From an uncultured Dehalococcoidales bacterium (GTDB lineage: Bacteria; Chloroflexota; Dehalococcoidia; GIF9; UBA5629), in NCBI GenBank assembly GCA_964509615.1, contig CAZDXZ010000005.1, forward strand, positions 1-44,399: 44,399 bases of DNA, read 5' to 3'. Below the pieces are notes generated by a model. It made no database searches, was not told the DNA's origin, and was given only the letters and a program-made list of their open reading frames with translations. The position numbers and the translations under genes were made by a program. Below are positions 40,126 to 44,399 of the stretch, piece by piece (within the stretch, counting starts at the first letter, position 1; each line of letters opens with the position of its first letter).

Positions 40126-40587
40126 TTATTTGGCGCCCGGTTTGCGTATGGTCAGGACAGGGCACGAAGACTGGCGGACGATCTGCTCGGTGGTGGACCC
40201 CGAGATAAACCTGCGCCACCCCGAGAGGCCGTGCGTGGCTATCACTATCAAATCGACCGCCTTCTCTCCCCCATAGCGCATTATCTCGCCGGCGGCATTG
40301 CCGATGAGTACTTCGGTCACAATGTTGACGCCCTTGCTTATCTTTTGCTCCGTGAGGCTCTTAAGCGACTTCTGAGCCTGTCCCTCGAGCTCCTGCTGGT
40401 ACGACGCCACGTTGAAGCTGGCTGATTCCACGCCTATCGGCGCCTCCACGATGGGCACCAGGGGCACAACATTCACGACGTGAAGTGTGGCCCCGAAATG
40501 TGCTGCCAGCTCGTCGGCAACCTTTAACGCTTCGTAAGATGGATCGCTGAAATCTGTCGGGCAGAGTATATTCTTGATCGGCAACAT
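40126..40587 (-). CDS. Universal stress protein (UspA family)
   Basis: ILCPTDFSD, DLIVIATHG, GSTTEQIVR..CPVL. Confidence 0.93.
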   Translation of the reverse strand: MLPIKNILCPTDFSDPSYEALKVADELAAHFGATLHVVNVVPLVPIVEAPIGVESASFNVASYQQELEGQAQKSLKSLTEQKISKGVNIVTEVLIGNAAGEIMRYGGEKAVDLIVIATHGLSGWRRFISGSTTEQIVRQSSCPVLTIRKPGAK

Positions 40588-40627
40588 CTCTAAATTCCAC
40601 CTCCGGTGATAATTATATACGTTTTGC

Positions 40628-41194
40628 TTACAGAAGCTTATTTGCCTGTACAGATCCGTCCGGGTTGAAGTGGATCAAAGGCACAAAGTCGTACCCGTCG
40701 GCTATCAGCTTATCTCCGCCGCCTTCATGGCGGTCGACTATGGCCACGACCTTTACCACTTTGCAACCGAAGTTTTCGACGGCTTCAATGGCCTTGAAAA
40801 CCGACCCGCCGCGCGTGACAACATCATCCACGATAGCTACCTTCATGCCTGGCTCCAGCGGACCCTCGATCAATTTTTTAGTGCCGTGTTCCTTGGGGGA
40901 CTCTCGTACCATGAAAGCCAGCATGGGCTTGCCTTTTTCACGGCTTATGATGGAGACGGCGGTGGCGATGGGGATAGCGCCCAGGATGAGACCGCCCACC
41001 GCCTGCGCCCCGCTGCCCTCCAGTACATTGAAGACGGCTTCGCCGACGCGGCAAGCGCCCTCAGGGTGAAGTGTCAGCAGTTTGCCTTCGAAATAGCGGT
41101 TGCTTTTGGCGCCGGACGCGAGGATAAACTCGCCGAACTTGATGGCCCCGGTTTTCTTAGCCAGCTCGATAAGAGAATCAGCGACGTTATTCAT
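40628..41194 (-). CDS. pyrE: Orotate phosphoribosyltransferase
   Basis: FGEFILASG..S, VRESPKEHG, PRPP motif VAIVDDVVTRGGS. Confidence 0.93.
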   Translation of the reverse strand: MNNVADSLIELAKKTGAIKFGEFILASGAKSNRYFEGKLLTLHPEGACRVGEAVFNVLEGSGAQAVGGLILGAIPIATAVSIISREKGKPMLAFMVRESPKEHGTKKLIEGPLEPGMKVAIVDDVVTRGGSVFKAIEAVENFGCKVVKVVAIVDRHEGGGDKLIADGYDFVPLIHFNPDGSVQANKLL

Positions 41195-41327
41195 AGCTTC
41201 AATCTATATCCAGCGATCGAAAGAGATTATACGTCCCTGCATCGGTATAATCAACCGCCCTCAGGCAGACATGTACTTTTTCTGCTTCCGTGGGGTATAA
41301 TCGGGTAAACAGCAGTTTAAAGTAAAA

Positions 41328-42311
41328 ATGCAACAGAGTTTCCTCTGTCCGCGGTGTGGTAACGTAGCCTTTCTGGGGCAGCGTTTCTGTGGATTCTGTG
41401 ATCTGATATTCGTATATTCTTGTGTTCAATGCGGTTCCCCCGTTGAGACCGGGAACACTTACTGCGGCAACTGCGGTGCAGTGATCGAATGGGGTATTAC
41501 GGAAAGGCCGGTTTCAACGCCGCCCGCCCCCGCTCCGGAGCCGGCTAATATCGAGCAGCCGGTAAACATCGGCCAGCCGGGCTCCGCTCCCCCCAAAGAA
41601 CCGGGCAAGCAGCCGGCGCTGGCGGATTACCAGGAAAGCCCTTCGTCCTATCCTATTCCCGCGCCGCCTGTACCTAAATCGACGCCCCCGCCCCCTTCTC
41701 CCAAATCCGAACCGATTCCTGAGGTATCAGCCGAGCACAAGGCCAAGGCCGAAGCGCATCAGGAGAAAAGTTTCGAACTGCTCAAGGACGGCCACTACTC
41801 CCTGGCAATCGACGAGCTGAGCAAGGCTATTCAGTTCGACCCGACCACAGCAATCGTTTATCTGCTGCGGGGAGGGGCTTTCTATAAAAAGGGCGACCTG
41901 GATCTTGCGCTGGCAGACCTCAACCGCGCGATTGAGCTTGATCCCAACCTGGCGGCGGCCTTCTATAACCGGGGCAGCGTATACTATTACAGGAAGGACT
42001 TCGACAGCGCCATTGAAGACTTCTCGCGCTCCATCGCGATCGACGATACGGACCCCGGCGCATTTCATAACCGCGGCTGCGCCTTCATGATGAAAGGCCA
42101 GTACTACCAGGCCATCGAGGATATCAGCCGGTCCATCGTGCTCGACCCGCGGGACCCCAGGGTTTATTGCAGCCGGGGCAACGCATACATGCAAACAGGC
42201 CAGTTGCTCAAGGCGGCTGAGGATTACCGCAGGGCCAAAGGAATGACCTCCGACCAGGCCATCATACACAAAGCCGACCAGGCGCTCAAAGAGATGGGGC
42301 AGGGGCTGTAG
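41328..42311 (+). CDS. Double zinc-ribbon / Pro-rich linker / TPR-repeat protein
   Basis: CPRCG..FCGFC..CVQCG..YCGNCG; PPAPAPEP...PPPPSP linker; about five TPR repeats. Confidence 0.85.
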   Translation: MQQSFLCPRCGNVAFLGQRFCGFCDLIFVYSCVQCGSPVETGNTYCGNCGAVIEWGITERPVSTPPAPAPEPANIEQPVNIGQPGSAPPKEPGKQPALADYQESPSSYPIPAPPVPKSTPPPPSPKSEPIPEVSAEHKAKAEAHQEKSFELLKDGHYSLAIDELSKAIQFDPTTAIVYLLRGGAFYKKGDLDLALADLNRAIELDPNLAAAFYNRGSVYYYRKDFDSAIEDFSRSIAIDDTDPGAFHNRGCAFMMKGQYYQAIEDISRSIVLDPRDPRVYCSRGNAYMQTGQLLKAAEDYRRAKGMTSDQAIIHKADQALKEMGQGL

Positions 42312-42324
42312 GCAACTGCGCCAA

Positions 42325-43512
42325 CTATTCCAGCAATTGCGTTTCGGAGGGTGAAGGCCCCGCTTCGATTGTCTCCAGTTCCTTTATATCGCTGTCGTGC
42401 CTGATCTGTTCTATTTTGAGCAGGGGTCGTTCCAGCATGTTTTTACGGGTCGTTGTAAGGGCATCGTATTCCTTTTGAGCATCCTGTAACCTTTTGCCCA
42501 TTTTATCCATGCTTTCCAGGAATTTCTGCCATTGCCCGGTGAACACTTTGATCTGGGCGATGATTTCGGCCAGTCCCCTCTCCATCTTGAAGTTCTTGAC
42601 GGCCTGGTTTATCAGCGCCAGCACAGCGTACAGCGTAACGGGGGAGCAGAGCACCACCTTCGACTGCAGCGCGAAATCAAGCAGGGAGGGATCGTTCTCG
42701 TTGATGAACCGGTAGACCTGCTCATTGGGTATCAGCACCAGCACGTAATCGACTGTATTCTGCTCGGGGTTAATATAGTCGCGGGTGGTAACCTCCTTTA
42801 TGCGCTGGCGCGCGTCTTTGAGGAAGGCGGCCTTGAAGCCCTCACGGTCGGCCTCCGAATCCGTATTGATGAATTTTAAATAGTTGTCCAGGGGAAACTT
42901 GACGTCCATATTAAGCACCAGGCTGTTAGGGAGGAGAAAGGTATAATCAGGCCTGGAGCCTACCGTGGGGTCCACCTGCTGCTTGCGGAAGTTGGCCCCC
43001 TCAAGGAAACCGATGCTGGCCAGGATGTCGTCGGCCATGCGTTCGCCCCACTGGCCCCTTACTCTTGTGTTGCCGAGGGCGGCCTGGAGTTTGCCGGTGG
43101 TCTCCGACAACTTAATAGTCTGCTCCGAAGTGCTCTTCAACTGCGTTAGGAGCTCGCCGTATGCCTTGGCGCGGTCCTTTTCCAGGCCGTTTATCAGCGT
43201 TTCAACGCCCTTGAGATTGTCTCTCACCTCTTTGATTGACTGCTCTATCAGGGCCTTCTTGCCCTCCAGGTTCTGCTCGCTGAGCTGTGACTGCGCAGTC
43301 ACCAGCTGGCCAGACATCTGCACAAGGCGTTCCATGGCCGTCTGCGTGGTACTCTCGTTGATTGCCGCAATGTTCTTCTGTATCTCTCCGCTGATAGTCA
43401 GCATATCCTGCTTATAATACGGCTTGTAAACTCGCGTAATGATTATCGTTACCAGCACTCCGATGGCAAGCCCGCCGGCGAAGACCAGTGCATAAATCAG
43501 CAGATCGTTCAT
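42325..43512 (-). CDS. rmuC: DNA recombination protein RmuC
   Basis: N-terminal TM helix and coiled coil; RGQWGE, RPD, DVKFP, IPNE, CSP.TL. Confidence 0.9.
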   Translation of the reverse strand: MNDLLIYALVFAGGLAIGVLVTIIITRVYKPYYKQDMLTISGEIQKNIAAINESTTQTAMERLVQMSGQLVTAQSQLSEQNLEGKKALIEQSIKEVRDNLKGVETLINGLEKDRAKAYGELLTQLKSTSEQTIKLSETTGKLQAALGNTRVRGQWGERMADDILASIGFLEGANFRKQQVDPTVGSRPDYTFLLPNSLVLNMDVKFPLDNYLKFINTDSEADREGFKAAFLKDARQRIKEVTTRDYINPEQNTVDYVLVLIPNEQVYRFINENDPSLLDFALQSKVVLCSPVTLYAVLALINQAVKNFKMERGLAEIIAQIKVFTGQWQKFLESMDKMGKRLQDAQKEYDALTTTRKNMLERPLLKIEQIRHDSDIKELETIEAGPSPSETQLLE

Positions 43513-43535
43513 AATTTATATACGGAATCGTATTC

Positions 43536-44117
43536 TTACATCGAGGGAAAGATTCTTTGCCAGTCGAAATTGCGGTCGATGCCTGCGGTGGCGGCGATCA
43601 TGATCAGGGATATAATGAGCACGGTCACTGCTATGATCAGTGCTATCTGCAGCAGAAACACGCCGAGACCCCACCACATCCATTTGCGCTGCGTTATCTG
43701 GAAGTGCTCGATGCTATCCCAGCGCTTACTCTGCCAGGCCCATTCGTTGCCCCGCACACCTAAAACGATGGCCATCACCAAGCTGATGATCCAGCCGATG
43801 TAGGGCAGGATGCCGCACAGCGTGACGAAGGCGATCCAGACATTATTGCCGATGCCCCAGATCCACGTGAGGAAGAAAGCGCCCCAGTTCCAGCCGCTTA
43901 TCTCGGGGGGCGCTTTGGAAAGGACGCCCAGGCCCGAAGTGTTGGAAGCGCCGGATGAGACGGAGCCGGGCCATGTGCCCGATTTTAATTTAAGCTCGAG
44001 GCACTGGTTGCAGTAGATTTGCCCGGCGATCTCAACTTTGCACTCGGGACAAACAAATCTGCCGCAACTGCAGCAGCCGCCGACCGCTTCACGGTCAGTG
44101 TGTACGGCGCACTTCAT
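43536..44117 (-). CDS. B-box-like zinc finger plus membrane domain (WNWGAF motif) protein
   Basis: CAVH...CCSCGRFVCPEC...YCNQC; GWNWGAFFLTWIWGIGN; GNEWAW; ATG 44117 follows GGAGG. Confidence 0.75.
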   Translation of the reverse strand: MKCAVHTDREAVGGCCSCGRFVCPECKVEIAGQIYCNQCLELKLKSGTWPGSVSSGASNTSGLGVLSKAPPEISGWNWGAFFLTWIWGIGNNVWIAFVTLCGILPYIGWIISLVMAIVLGVRGNEWAWQSKRWDSIEHFQITQRKWMWWGLGVFLLQIALIIAVTVLIISLIMIAATAGIDRNFDWQRIFPSM

Positions 44118-44160
44118 TTCAATATCCTCCACTTAATACATCGATAACGGTTTTATAAGC

Positions 44161-44399
44161 CTAGACACCTGACTTCTGCACACTCCAGACAACAAGCCCG
44201 AGGAGGAGAAGCAGTATGAGTGTCAGCAGGACCGTAACGGCTATAGTGATACCGAGGCCCCACATGGTCCAGATGTGCTGAACGCGCTTGAAATGCTCCA
44301 CGCTTTCCCAGCGCTTGCTCTGCCAGGCCCACTGATTGCCCTTAAAGGCCAGCACCCAGGGCATGACCATGAATCCAAGGTAAGGGACGAATACCAGAA
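44161..44399 (-). CDS. C-terminal part of a paralogous membrane protein (5' end outside the window)
   Basis: Open to the window edge: LVFVPYLGFMVMPWVLAFKGNQWAWQSKRWESVEHF, closely matching GNEWAWQSKRWDSIEHF of the downstream gene. Confidence 0.75.
   Translation of the reverse strand, partial: LVFVPYLGFMVMPWVLAFKGNQWAWQSKRWESVEHFKRVQHIWTMWGLGITIAVTVLLTLILLLLLGLVVWSVQKSGV

Overview
The window is a replication-origin region of an anaerobic bacterium, most likely a Dehalococcoidia (Chloroflexota). This is inferred from the dnaA-obgE-nadD/gyrB and fmt-peptidase-mazG-apgM-lysC-nifU-TPR-gyrA gene order and from a hybrid archaeal/bacterial CODH/ACS cluster. From left to right it holds: a partial acetyl-CoA synthetase; a five-gene peptide/amino-acid scavenging cassette; mutL; a ~12 kb minus-strand acetyl-CoA synthase cluster (acsE-acsD-cdhA*-cdhC/acsB-acsC-nuoE-like-nuoF-like-cooC-DUF3786-like-CoA transferase); rnhA, gyrB, nadD, obgE, a putative oriC and dnaA; then housekeeping genes, tRNA-Pro(CGG) and membrane/TPR proteins. 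The most striking observation is the CODH alpha subunit (CdhA). It is an intact 695-aa ORF, yet it has lost all six NiFeS C-cluster ligands, the catalytic His/Lys, the D-cluster cysteines and the ferredoxin insert, keeping only the four B-cluster cysteines. The neighbouring ACS is intact, cdhB is absent, and an orphan HydBC-like NADH/flavin module sits inside the same operon. This suggests an ACS complex built around a pseudo-CODH. Other signals are tandem NrdR-like boxes upstream of gyrB, non-canonical active sites in the enolase-superfamily and M28 enzymes, an internal beta-subunit start in lysC, a TPR-HIRAN-like gene coupled to gyrA, and several apparently leaderless genes. All calls come from motif reading and recalled family knowledge; no searches were run.
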